From: Podarcis tiliguerta
Taxonomy: Eukaryota
Assembly: GCA_965153285.1 (NCBI GenBank)
Contig: OZ229113.1
DNA: 64,000 nt
Direction: 5' to 3' (one strand)
The position numbers and the translations under genes were made by a program. Within the stretch, counting starts at the first letter, position 1. Each line of letters begins with the position of its first letter. Below the pieces are notes generated by a model. The model worked only from the letters and a program-made list of their open reading frames with translations. It did no database searches and had not been told where the DNA came from. Shown here one piece after another: positions 13,498-24,118 of the stretch.

Positions 13498-14809
13498 AGG
13501 TGACCTATGCCAGGATCTGGAGGCTTCACCAACACAAGAATAAATGCAATACGGATGGAGCAGAGGACAGAAATTCATGGACACAGACATTGCTTCATGG
13601 CACTTTTCCTTCTTCTAAAAGTGATCGATAAGCGCTATTTCAAAAACACTGTTACTAGTTTTGCCTTTGGGTCTTTATTAAACAAATCACACACGTTCAA
13701 CATGTCTGTTATGGTTGTGCACTAGCCTGGACATGGATGTAATGAGCCTTACCTTGGGCAGCAGTTCTGGCTCAGACTTAGATGTATGTGGAGGGTCCAG
13801 CTAGATTAGAAAGACCAACAGCAAAAATCACAGAAGAGCATTCTCACCAAAGATATCAATCTTCACACCCCACTTTCCACTTATTTTTTAAAAAGGAAAT
13901 AAATTCATTTATTACTCTGATATCAGATCCCCTTGAGAAATTTTATTCAGATTACAGAGAGACTTCCTGGTGTTGCCTTTAAGATACGATGTTATTTAAA
14001 AAGAACAAATTATCTTTGAGTTCATGGAACTCATCGTTCTTTTAAAAATATCAGTTGACTTTCTATTTCAGCCCAAGTCTACAATATTGTTGACTGCAAG
14101 GTTTTCTGGCAGGATAGCTATTTACATCCTAGCAATTATTTATTATGCAGTATTTATTTCCTGCCTTTCCTGCCAGGAGCTCAAGGTGGCATATAGAGTA
14201 TCATTCCCATTTTATCTTCACAACAATCCTGCAAAGCAATTAACCTGAGATATTTAAAAAGAACTGATCAAATTGTCCTTACTGTGGCTGCTCAGGTGAC
14301 CAGGTTCCATGAACTGATACATATTTTTAAAAATATTCTACACCGCCCTTCAAGGCAACAGGGCTAGATAGATCATGTCTGATAAATCCACGCTTCTTTC
14401 AACCATAATTTAAATAATACCTAATGATTATGTATGGCAGGAGTGTAAAAATGACCTAATTCTCCACATGGTTGGAGCTATAATGGGAGAGATAGTTGTT
14501 TGGCCATTCCTCTCTGGAACAGTGTGAGTGGTAATGCTGGAGGCTGCATAGGGAGGGCGAAATTGGCACTGTCGGGAGTGAAGTCTGGATCCAACAAATG
14601 GTCTACACATGAAAAAAAAGCGTTGCCTTCTAAAAGTAGTTTACATCATTTTCAACAGCATAATTGCAATGGACAAACAGAAACAAGACAGCTGTAGAAT
14701 GACGACAACCAGTTTAATAATATGACAGCCATGCTGGTGAACTAGTTAAAAATATAAACATCCAATTTGTAAGTCTATTGTAGTGGATTCACAAAATAAA
14801 CCTTAGTTT

Positions 14810-14815
14810 TTTATT
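14810..14815 (-). terminator. Candidate CFAP298 poly(A) signal (another at 13674-13679)
   Basis: AATAAA on - strand ~190 nt after the stop. Confidence 0.45.
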
Positions 14816-15004
14816 TCTGAAAGGCAAGTGTGCCAAAGAGGCTGAATATATTTTGCAATCAATCATAACAATTGATCACTTCTACAAAACTAGAAGCTAA
14901 TATTTCACAATAATTATAATGCACATTTTATCATCCATGTTATTTGTAAACCTCAGCGGATTAATTTATCTTGTAAAAAGGAAAAAAAAACTGCATACAT
15001 AGCT

Positions 15005-15115
15005 TCATTTGGGTCTCCACTTAATGTCCTTTACACCATGAAAATGTCTTTTCAAGGCATGACTGTCAGCCCATTCCGAGTCTAAAAATGAATCATCATC
15101 ATTTTCTTCCAATTT
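15005..15115 (-). CDS. CFAP298: CFAP298 coding exon 7 (KLEENDDDSFLDSEWADSHALKRHFHGVKDIKWRPK*)
   Basis: cAG acceptor after a 97-nt intron; TGA stop. Confidence 0.95.
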   Translation of the reverse strand, partial: KLEENDDDSFLDSEWADSHALKRHFHGVKDIKWRPK

Positions 15116-18100
15116 CTGTTGGGGAAATGGCAAAGAAAATGTGTTTAAAACTGCAAAAATGTTTACCTGTATTGTTTTCAACAGCATAAATACCACAACA
15201 AACCCTAGATACCTTGAGTTCCTCTTGCCTTCTGTGATAAAAAAGGATCATCTGTTTGTGTTCTTCACCACTTATGACAGGCTCACGGGCTGGAGCTCCT
15301 TGTCCTTTCTGTAAAAATAAAGCAAGTTTGTACTCACTGGCACTTTTAACTATTCTGTGACATAATAAACCAAGGTTTAAGTCACTGCCTGCCAATTACC
15401 TGTGAACCTGTTGTGAAAAGATCCCTGTCCCCCATGACAGCCAGGGCCTAAATGGCATTTCACAGGAGATCAAGTAGCACATCTCTAATACCCCCTGTCA
15501 TGTATGCCTCAAGGGGTGCTGTATAATATAATAAAAATTAATTCTTACACTGCACCCAGGTTAGAAAAATAGCTATTCTTGGCTCAGTGAGAATGGTGCC
15601 ATGGTTTGTTCCAAGACACCAAAAGAGAAATGAAACGCACTGAAATGTATCAAGAGTTTCACTTACTTTCTGTATCTTCACAATAATTTTGGTTTTCTCA
15701 TTTTTGCCCACATAGTCAGAAAGCTGCTTTGTTCTCTTCAGTTCTTTTGCTGCCCACCACAGTTGTGCCTCTGGTTCCTCAATAACCTCAAGTGCAGCCT
15801 ATGACAAATTAAGTCATGAAATGCTTAGCAGTTTCAACAAATATACCAGCCTGTTCTCCAGATGTTTTGGACTACAACTTCCATCAGCCCCAGTCGGCAC
15901 AGAATTACAGTCCAAAACATCTGGAGGACACCAGGAAGGTTGAAATACACAGATTGCAGAATAAACTTCTTCAGAGCAGTGGGGACAACTTGTCTAACAG
16001 ACAGATACCCATTTCATCACTAAAAACTAAATAAATATAATGACTAAGACAAACTTTGCAGTGTAGGAAACTGTCCCTCCACCCTTTAAAAATAATCCAT
16101 AGGTATAAAATCCATTGCTGGTGATGGAAAGTAAACACTCTCAAAGAGTGCACATATTCAATTATTGGTGAAGTACTACTATGCAGAGGGTATAGCCTCA
16201 CTTACTATTTTGTAAGTGAATCATGAACTAAAACAGGCAGCCTTAAGTACAACATCTTCACTGATTCTGTGAGACGACAAGTACTGGGATCGAAGGGTAC
16301 ACAGATTTCATCAGTTCTAATTAATTCATTGTATTCTTGCTTAGTTTTTATTTATGTGTGATGTGGTATCAGTTTCATCAATACAGACTTCAGCATTTAT
16401 GTTCCAATTTCAAATCCATTTTTAAGATGGATCTTAAATAAACAAATAAACTGTGTTATCCTAGAAAAAAAGCTAAATGGTAATTAAAGGGAATTTCATG
16501 ATTTCTAACAAATGTTTATTAACTCACCGAATTTTCACAAACCTGAAATCATTATAATATACTACCTCCCTGCTGCCTTTCAAAAAATATGTCTGCAGAA
16601 ATGGTTACTTGCCCTGCAGTATACAGGGAAGGCAAAGGACACTTTGGTCCCAGTCTCTAACCAGAAAAACAACTGCAGCAAGAGGAAAAGCCATTTTTAA
16701 TTCAAAACATATTCAGTTGTAAAAGTCACTTAGTTACCTTTGGGATGGAGCAGGATCTAAATCAAATAATTATACGGATAACACACAAATGACTACATGT
16801 TCTGCAAAAGCCCCAACTTTTTAATTCCAGGAAGGGCAACATTTTTAAAACTAGAAACCAAGTAAATCATTACATGAGTTCCTGACAGATCTTCTTTATC
16901 TTCAAACTCCATTCTAATTGGGTCATATGGAGGGAGTCCCATTGGGTAAACAATCATTACAGCTCCTCGGAGCTGGTCCAGTGCATCTTTCACCATATCC
17001 TTATTAACACACACATTGGCTTGCACTTGTTTCTGAAATACAGACAGAAGACATTAATTTAACAAACCAACAAAGCACAGAGGAAAGAATGTTTTCCTTG
17101 CAGTTCACAATGTGACTCAGCATGACATTTGAGGAAAGCCAAGTAACAAAGAACGCCACACTTAGTTTTTCTGCCTGATGCATAAAGGATCAAATGTTTG
17201 TTTTACTGTACGCTATATTGGCTAAGATAAAAATGAAATCTCTTGTCAAAGATTCTATTTAAAAGATCTGTGGCAGATATGTGTAAGACCCAGACTCACA
17301 GTCAATGCAAAATTGGATGCAGAATCACCTCTTTTATGCAGTATTTACCATTTTTTCCAAAGTGATAAAAGTTTCTGGAGCAAGCCAGCAGCACGGTTTA
17401 CACAGAGGACAATAAAAGGCTCACGGACCACTATGGGAGGAAATCGAGCATTTGCTCTGCTTTTCCACTAAAATCAATAGAATGTATAGATTTACATTAT
17501 ATATTTTAATGGACTTTTAATTCACAACTCCACCCTCAAAATGAAATGTGAAGCTAGGAGAAGAGAGACTCCTTGTGGACAATACCTTTATTTCTACTCC
17601 ATGAGATATTTTTGATTGGGAAGAATGGGGGGGGGGGGGTTAAACATCTACAAACTGTTTTTTCTATACAACTATTCAAAAGAAACTTAAAATATACAAC
17701 AGTCAATACGGTCAAAAGCTATTGATATTTCTAATCCACACCACCAAGCCATGGGGTGATATTGTTCATTGGCTTGCAATGTGACTCTGCCACAGCAACA
17801 CTGGAGTGGCAACGATTACCCATGTTGCTGACTTTGTTCAGAGATCCTTATGACCTTTGAACAGGTAAGTTAACACGAGCTGTTTGATAAAATTACGGTA
17901 AGTCCAAATTTTAAAATGTTAATTAATTGCCTCAAATGCCATACAAAAAAATAGAAGTATCTTACCTTAGATATTAGTGCCTTGGCTTCTTCTACTGTTG
18001 CTTTTAAAACCTGTTGCATTTTTTCATTTGGAGCTTAAAATAAGAAATCTGCATTTAATATGATATGGTATTATATGCAGGCTGACTATATAAAAAGCAA

Positions 18101-20332
18101 TATTTTTACATAAAATGCTGCCACTGTAAATATCTCTCTTAAGTCAGGCATCATTAAACCTCATATTCTTATTCATTCCAAGCAGACCCATTGATATTAA
18201 TGATTGGCATTTTTTAATTTTAAAAAATATAATATATACATTTAGTAACTATAAAGACTGCCTTGTATGTTAAATTTTGCACCTATTTCTTGGTACAAAA
18301 TAATCTGAATGATGTCATTTCTGAATGGTGCAGACAGAGAATTGGTTCTAAAGAAGTGAAAATGATCTTCCACTCATACAGCAGTGCTTTCCTAATTTCA
18401 GCCACTCTGCAGCCTCTGGAAGACCCTTTGAAATGGGGTGAGATGGTGGAAAAGGGGTGTGAACAAATGGAAGTGACTTTTAGCTGCAAAGAGAACTTCT
18501 GAATCCAAATAATGAAATGTGCAGCTTTTGTTAGAGGAATTCAGGCTCATCTGATGCTAAAAGATTGAACAGCTCCTTCCCTTTCCTAGCAGTACTGCTT
18601 CATTTTAGGCAGCCAATTTAAGTTTTCTTGCTGGCTGCATGTACTTGCACTTTATAACAGGTCACAGTTTTTAACGTGTGATATTTTACTGTATTTTTGG
18701 TTTCTATGGAAGCCGCCCAGAGTGGCTGGGGAGGTCCAGCCAGATGGGCGGGGTATAAATAATAAATTATTATTATTATTATTACTTATCCAGAACATAA
18801 TAGCTACATTGTCCCGCTGTCCATTATAGCATGTATTTTGCTACTGACGTTGAACTCAGCTTGCCAGAATATAGCGCTAAGCATAAAAAACAGGCACACT
18901 TTTTGGATTCAATAGAAAGGTCCTGAGTATGGTTTTTATATACCCTTGCAAATATGTAAGTCTGATAATGAAAATAACATAACTAGCATTATTTACATAA
19001 CCTACAGTCATTTTTCAACATGAAAAAGTATGCAGTATCAAAATACCAAATAAATTTCTTATAGAATCCTCTCTTGGCTAATTATATACAAAAAAGTAAT
19101 GTATGCTTAAGGTACATTCATTTACCATGACCATTTCTTCGTCCAATTTCATCTTTTTTAAAAATGCTTCCACCACTTGGAATACATTTTTCTGCCCATT
19201 CATCCTTCAGCTTCAGCTCTTCTATTTGCTCATCTGTCAGACCTTGCATGTTAGGAGGTAAGAAAATACCATGTTCTGCCAGTGTTTCTATTTCTATAAA
19301 AAAAAAAAACCCAGAGAATGGGATAAGATGATAAAATTATGTCAATTGCCCTTTATTTATTTAAATTATTTAAGAAAATCATATACCTCTTGATTTTAAT
19401 AAAAACTTCAAAGCAGTTTACAAAAAACCAACATTACAATTATCAATAAAAACAGTTAAAAACAGGTACAGTCATACCTTGGAAGTCAAACAGCTTAGTT
19501 CCTGAACATTTTGGCTCCTAAAAGTCGCAAACACAGAAGTGACTGTTCCAGTTTGCAAACTATGTCCGATGTGGCTTCCGATTGGCTGCAGGAGCTTCCT
19601 GCAGCCAATCGGAAGCCGCACTTTGGTTTTTGAACATTTTGGAAGTCAAACGGACTTCCGGAACTGATTCCGTTCGACATCCAAGGTACAACTGTATTTT
19701 AAAAACATTCAAAACTAAAACCAACAATAAACTAAAAAGAGATAAAAGCACACATAATTTCTTCATGTCTGGCTAGGCATGCTTAAAGAGAAATGTTTTA
19801 AGCAGGCAACTTTGGCTCTCTTATTTGGCAGAGATTGCTAAATATCTGAAAAACAAAAATTGGGCTGTTGTAGAATTAGAATATTAGCTCAAATTATATC
19901 CTACAGACACGATTTAAGAAGTTTCTTGCTCCTTCATCTATGAATCCTATGTGGGTAATTCAAAGAAGCATTAAAAGGCTTTTATTTTATTTTATTAAAG
20001 ATAGCAATTCCTAACAGAAAGAAACACCAAACTGTCAGCAAATTTACGCAGCTCGTCAGTGCCATCAAAAACACTAACCCTTGCATGGCATAAGTAATCC
20101 ATAGGGATTAGGAAGGAAGCATTGCCATAGAAAATGCTCATTTTCCACAAGAAAGTTGGGGTGGGTAGGAAGGCAAATGGATACATTTCACACCTGCACA
20201 AACACGATGAACTTTGAGCCTTCCATTGTAGATCTTGGTCACTTCCTGTGTTAAATCTTCAATGGAAATGCTGCCTGTTGTCTCCAGCAGAAATTGGCTC
20301 TCATCACCATTCTTCACATGGAGCAAAACCAT
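15005..20332 (-). CDS. CFAP298: CFAP298 (C21orf59/kurly), cilia- and flagella-associated protein 298, complete CDS of 290 aa in 7 exons
   Basis: Exons 139+168+68+159+132+96+111 = 873 nt, all GT-AG and in frame; MVLLHVKNGDESQFLL...FHGVKDIKWRPK matches C21orf59. Confidence 0.97.
15213..15308 (-). CDS. CFAP298: CFAP298 coding exon 6 (KGQGAPAREPVISGEEHKQMILFYHRRQEELK)
   Basis: 96 nt, phase 0/0. Confidence 0.95.
15667..15798 (-). CDS. CFAP298: CFAP298 coding exon 5 (AALEVIEEPEAQLWWAAKELKRTKQLSDYVGKNEKTKIIVKIQK)
   Basis: 132 nt, GTAAGT donor; not in the ORF track. Confidence 0.95.
15845..15940. mobile_element. Short squamate non-autonomous element (CCAGATGTTTTGGACTACAACTCCCATCA family); related copies ~6470-6565, 12900-12985, 48660-48790
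   Basis: Shared GGACTACAACT(C/T)CCATCA core with short internal inverted repeats. Confidence 0.6.
16874..17032 (-). CDS. CFAP298: CFAP298 coding exon 4 (KQVQANVC...IVYPMGLPPYDPIRMEFEDKEDLSGTH)
   Basis: 159 nt, phase 0/0. Confidence 0.95.
17966..18033 (-). CDS. CFAP298: CFAP298 coding exon 3 (APNEKMQQVLKATVEEAKALISK)
   Basis: 68 nt, AAG|GTAAGA donor. Confidence 0.95.
18705..18783 (+). mobile_element. LINE 3' terminus (L2-like) with (TAT)n tail
   Basis: AGCCGCCCAGAGTGGCTGG…CCAGCCAGATGGGCGGGGTATAAATAATAA + (ATT)n stem-loop tail. Confidence 0.65.
19126..19293 (-). CDS. CFAP298: CFAP298 coding exon 2 (EIETLAEHGIFLPPNMQGLTDEQIEELKLKDEW...GRRNGH)
   Basis: AG/GT boundaries, 168 nt, phase 1/1. Confidence 0.95.
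19469..19694. mobile_element. Tc1/mariner-pogo type MITE with central palindrome
   Basis: TA flanks; TIRs CAGTCATACCTTGGA / TCCAAGGTACAACTG. Confidence 0.85.
20194..20332 (-). CDS. CFAP298: CFAP298 coding exon 1 (MVLLHVK...KVHRVCA); the exon starts at 20334
   Basis: Pyrimidine tract + gcAG|AAATG; CAG|GTGTGA donor. Confidence 0.93.
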
Positions 20333-21278
20333 TTCTGCAAGAGCAGAGAAAGACAGACAAATACTAAAGAAAATGTGTCACCATTTACCAGACAAGAACA
20401 GGAAAAAGGTGTCAAGAACCTTGCAAATAAACATTTTGAGAAACTGACTACGAGAGCCAAACACTACAGACAGGAAATTTGTCCGATACCAAGTTTACAG
20501 TTGCACAGTTTCAAAGCAAAATAAAAGGAAATAAAGTCCCCTAGCCTCCAAAACAGGACCAGAATGTCAAAGGTTCATTGCAAGGCTTGAGAAGAAATAA
20601 GAGTAAGCAAGCATAGCAGTAATTAATAGGTAAGAACTTCAGAGTTTGGGTAAAATAATTTTGTTTTTCCTTTCTTTCCTTCTTAAGAATGTGCCCAAGC
20701 ACAAGGTTTCAGATCTGTTTCAAAGATAAACAGAACCTCTACTATGGGGCACATAGTCCACTGAATTCTTGGTTGCAGGGATGCTCAGAATCCTATCCCT
20801 CCCTGGAATTCCACACTAAAAGGTCCTAAAATGCCAAACCCTACCCTAGTCACTTAGGAGGATGAGGACGTGGAAACTGTTGTATAATTATTTATTGTAT
20901 TTAAAAATCCTACAGCTGAGTGTGGTATAGAGACCATTCCATAAAATGGCACCGACTCCGCCGTATTTTGTAGATTAAGGGTTGTTATTGTTTATAAATC
21001 AAAGTTATTGTTTCATTGCATGAAGCTGTGATATTCTGAGATCACTTTCTATACAAGATTCCTTTTATAATAAGGGTATATGTAGCTCTTAATTTAAGCC
21101 AAGACTCATTCTCCAAAGCTATGAACTCTGCCTTAGAGCCTAGTTTCACTAGAAGTTCCATACCATGAAACATGGAAAGTGAACAGTGCCTCTGAGCATA
21201 TAGTTTCCTTGTTTCACTTCTTAATTTGCACCTACATTTATGCCAACCCAGGTGGGAAGGCTTCTTCCCCAAAGGTGC

Positions 21279-21326
21279 ATATTGTTTTTGTCTTCCTAAA
21301 AAATATTGTTTTTGTCTTCCTAAAAA
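21279..21326. repeat. Perfect 24-bp tandem duplication
   Basis: ATATTGTTTTTGTCTTCCTAAAAA x2. Confidence 0.9.
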
Positions 21327-22241
21327 AACCTTAGCAACTTTTGGGGTGTCCTGGTTTTTACATTTTGGCAACCCTATTTTAAGGAACTATAATTTCTCTA
21401 GACTCAGCAGCCAAACATTACTTTCCCCGATTTTCCTTATAGAATCTGTAAACCTTACCCATCTTCCCTAACTCCCAAAAAACTCTTGCCGGAAAAAAAA
21501 AGTATTTTAAAAGTGTAAATTGGGCTCTTACTTGAAAGTGACTCATTTGCTCATTCCAGTTTACAAAATGTAACCTCCTCTGGCGTTTCTCAGATGCTGC
21601 AAAGGATGTAAAATGGCATGTGAGGTTGCTACAGAAAAGTTCCAGCCTCTGGTCTTTTACAACCAAGGTCTAGCCTTGTGCTTTTTACTCAGCGGGTACC
21701 TGTGAGTTGGAGGAACACAACTGGTGACAAATTACGTGCATTAATATATATGGGGAAAGCAGAAGAGTGGGTCTTCCAGTATATTCTGTGGCCACATTGG
21801 TGCGAGGCTGGGTTAAGGGATTGCAACTGAGCTGCTGTGAGGTCGCCACCTTTCCTTTCCTGACAAGATGTAGCTTCTACCTTCCTTTTCTTTTTTGGAA
21901 ATCAGCTCACGAGTCAACAGTCCCCATCACCGCATCTCCATCCTGGAGGAGGCAAAGCTTCCTGATTTAGGAGCCCTTTATAAAAGGCCCAATAATTCTC
22001 AAAGGTCTTACAGGGCTCTTGAGCCTTTTAAACAGTTTCTTAAGAAAAGAGAAGCAGGAAAACCAAGAGTGCACAAGGGAGGTGGGAAACCGGGAAATCT
22101 AGGAACCGGGAACCAACTTCAAGCTTTGGAAATAAGCGGCCGGGTTGAAAAAAGCTCTTCCTGAAACAACTGCCGGTAGAAAGATGGAAGGGGGGGGGGG
22201 CTCGTCCACTCAGCGGCTCCGCCCCTTCAACGGTTCCTTTC

Positions 22242-22255
22242 GTTTCTATGGAAAC
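22242..22255. promoter_or_regulatory. RFX X-box GTTTCTATGGAAAC
   Basis: Near-perfect palindromic X-box (GTTTCCATGGAAAC type) ~90 nt into intron 1 of a motile-cilia gene; TAGCAAC half-site at ~22436-22442. Confidence 0.7.
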
Positions 22256-22345
22256 CAACCGACGCACGCAAAGCAGCGCGCGCGACCGGCTCCTTCGGCT
22301 TTCCGTCTTCCGCAGCGGCCCCCCAAGCTCCCAAACCCCGCTCAC

Positions 22346-22480
22346 CTGAGTCGCCGGTAGGAAAAGCCCCTCAAGCCAACTTCCCGCTGTTCGTTCGCCG
22401 CCGCCGCCGCTAGAGCTCAACTCGGTGCTCTATACTAGCAACTTCGGCGACCCAGGAAGTGTTCCTCACCCGACCAATCG
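22346..22480 (-). other. CFAP298: Probable non-coding first exon (5'UTR) of CFAP298; 5' end approximate
   Basis: Strong CAG|GTGAGC donor at 22346/22345 in the CpG island; no ATG in the segment; the ATG exon has an acceptor 2 nt upstream of ATG. Confidence 0.7.
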
Positions 22481-22734
22481 CGCAACGCGAAGGCTCGCGG
22501 CTTCTCTGTCACTCAGCACTAGCCCCGCCCGCCCCCAGGGAGGGGGCGTCGAGAACGGGGCCGTTTTTAAAGGGCCCGCGTCTTCCTTAAGGCGCGCTTT
22601 GCTAGCGGGAGGAGGACGTCGAGGTTTGGCTGGAGCGCTGAGCAGCACTTGGCTCGGGGGAAGCGTGGCCGCGGAGCGAGGACGATGATCGCACCTGTGC
22701 GGGCCTCCTGCCGCAGGAGGTCCTTTTCTAGAAA

Positions 22735-22939
22735 TATATTGTCCAGTAGCAGCTTGGAGACCAACTAAGTTTGTTCTTGGTAAGCTTTCGCGTGCATGCG
22801 CACTTCTTCAGATCTGAATAAGTGTGCATGCACACAAAAGCTTCTACCAAGAGCAAGCTTAGTTGGTCTCCAAGGTCCTACTGGACAATTTTTTTATATA
22901 TTTCGACTGCGTCAGACCAACATGGCTACCTACCTGAAT
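22735..22939. mobile_element. Penelope-like element terminal repeat in inverted (palindromic) arrangement, with hammerhead-ribozyme motif
   Basis: ~75-bp inverted arms centred on AGATCT (22810-22815); CTGAAGA…GAAA core; 12-bp flanking direct repeat CTTTTCTAGAAA (22723-22734, 22940-22951). Confidence 0.78.
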
Positions 22940-23091
22940 CTTTTCTAGAAAGGCAAAGATATTCAGATGCTCATTTGCCAAAATGGGGAGAAGCAGGTAG
23001 GTGTGTGAAAATGAACGACAGCACGGCTGGGTTGGGGGGGGGGGGCGGAGAGAAAAGGATCCATGCGCATTTCATGTGCACAGGGTGGTGG

Positions 23092-23382
23092 TGATCAACA
23101 CCAACAACTGGGTCACACTGGCCTGCGAGTGCTCCAATTGGAGAACAGCCTTTACCAAAGGTGTTGTGGGCTTTGGAAACACTCAAACTCTGGAAACAAG
23201 GGAGAAACGTGCTAAGATGCTTGGCAAACCCTCACCGTGATCAACTCCCGCCCGGAAACCAATGTACCCACTGTGGAAGGATATGTGGATCCAGAATTGG
23301 CCTCCACGTAAACACTGTTAAAACTGTGTTTATGAAGACAATCTTACTCGGCTACGAGTGATCGCCAAGGAAGAAAAAGAAG
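23092..23382 (+). mobile_element. RTE-clade LINE 3' fragment with C-terminal zinc-finger remnant
   Basis: INTNNWVTLACECSNWR and CTHCGRICGSRIGLH in shifted frames; GAA-rich tail. Confidence 0.75.
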
Positions 23383-23529
23383 ATCGATGATCAACCAACT
23401 CTGGAAAGGGTTGTGCGTTCCGGCTTAAGGGACAAGGTGTGCTGCCTGGGGGAGCTATTCACTTTTCTCTCAGGAAGCCTAGGAGGCATGTTTGTGTTGA
23501 CGTCCACCCCTTCCTGGCCAGAGGTAGCC

Positions 23530-23760
23530 TAGCCAATATTATCTACACTCTGGTGTCTTTTGAGGTTGGCAGTGCACTTTGTTGCATGGGGCTTCCCTTG
23601 AAGACAGTTCAGGAAATGCAGCTGCTCCAGAACACTGCAGTTCAGTTGCTTTACTTGCCAACAGGAATCACGGAAGAGATCTTACCCTTGCCTGTATTGA
23701 AACAACCACAGTGGGTCCCAGTGAGTTTCTAAGCTCCATTCACAGGGCTGGTCTTAATCC
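23530..23760 (+). mobile_element. Degenerate L2-clade LINE ORF2 fragment
   Basis: GLPLKTVQEMQLLQNTA…PVLKQPQWVPV resembles L2 'GLP…LQLVQNAAAR…LHWLPV'. Confidence 0.65.
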
Positions 23761-24118
23761 ATATACAGCTTAAGACTGACCCAGGTAGCTGTTGGGCTGC
23801 TAGCTGCCATACCTAGGCCTCTGTCCACCAGTCCAAAGATGTGTGAATTGAATAAGAATACCTCATGACAAGAAAAGGTTGCCCTCTCTCCCCAGCACCT
23901 CTGTTATTTGCTCTGCAACTGAGCATGGTGCAGTCACCCTAGATGTGAGCATCTGATTTTTTTTAAAAAACCAACCAACTAAGCTTTTCTTTGCAGGAGA
24001 AATCTATGTCCCTTCCTAAAGGCAAGTTGGCTGCACATTTGAGAATGTCAGGCCACAAGAGAAAACCAAATCTTGACACAGTCAATTAATGGATATTATA
24101 TTCTGAAAGATCGATATA

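Larger units (their letters stand above)
22130..22720 (-). promoter_or_regulatory. CpG-island promoter of CFAP298
   Basis: High CpG/GC; GC box (CCCCGCCC ~22523), CCAAT (~22475), ETS-like CAGGAAGT (~22453). Confidence 0.85.

Noticed and set aside
8000-15000. TCP10L ortholog expected from human synteny
   Set aside because: No TCP10/CENPJ-like peptide recognisable in any listed frame
21895-22764. Multiple ORFs over the CpG island
   Set aside because: Expected from GC content; no homology
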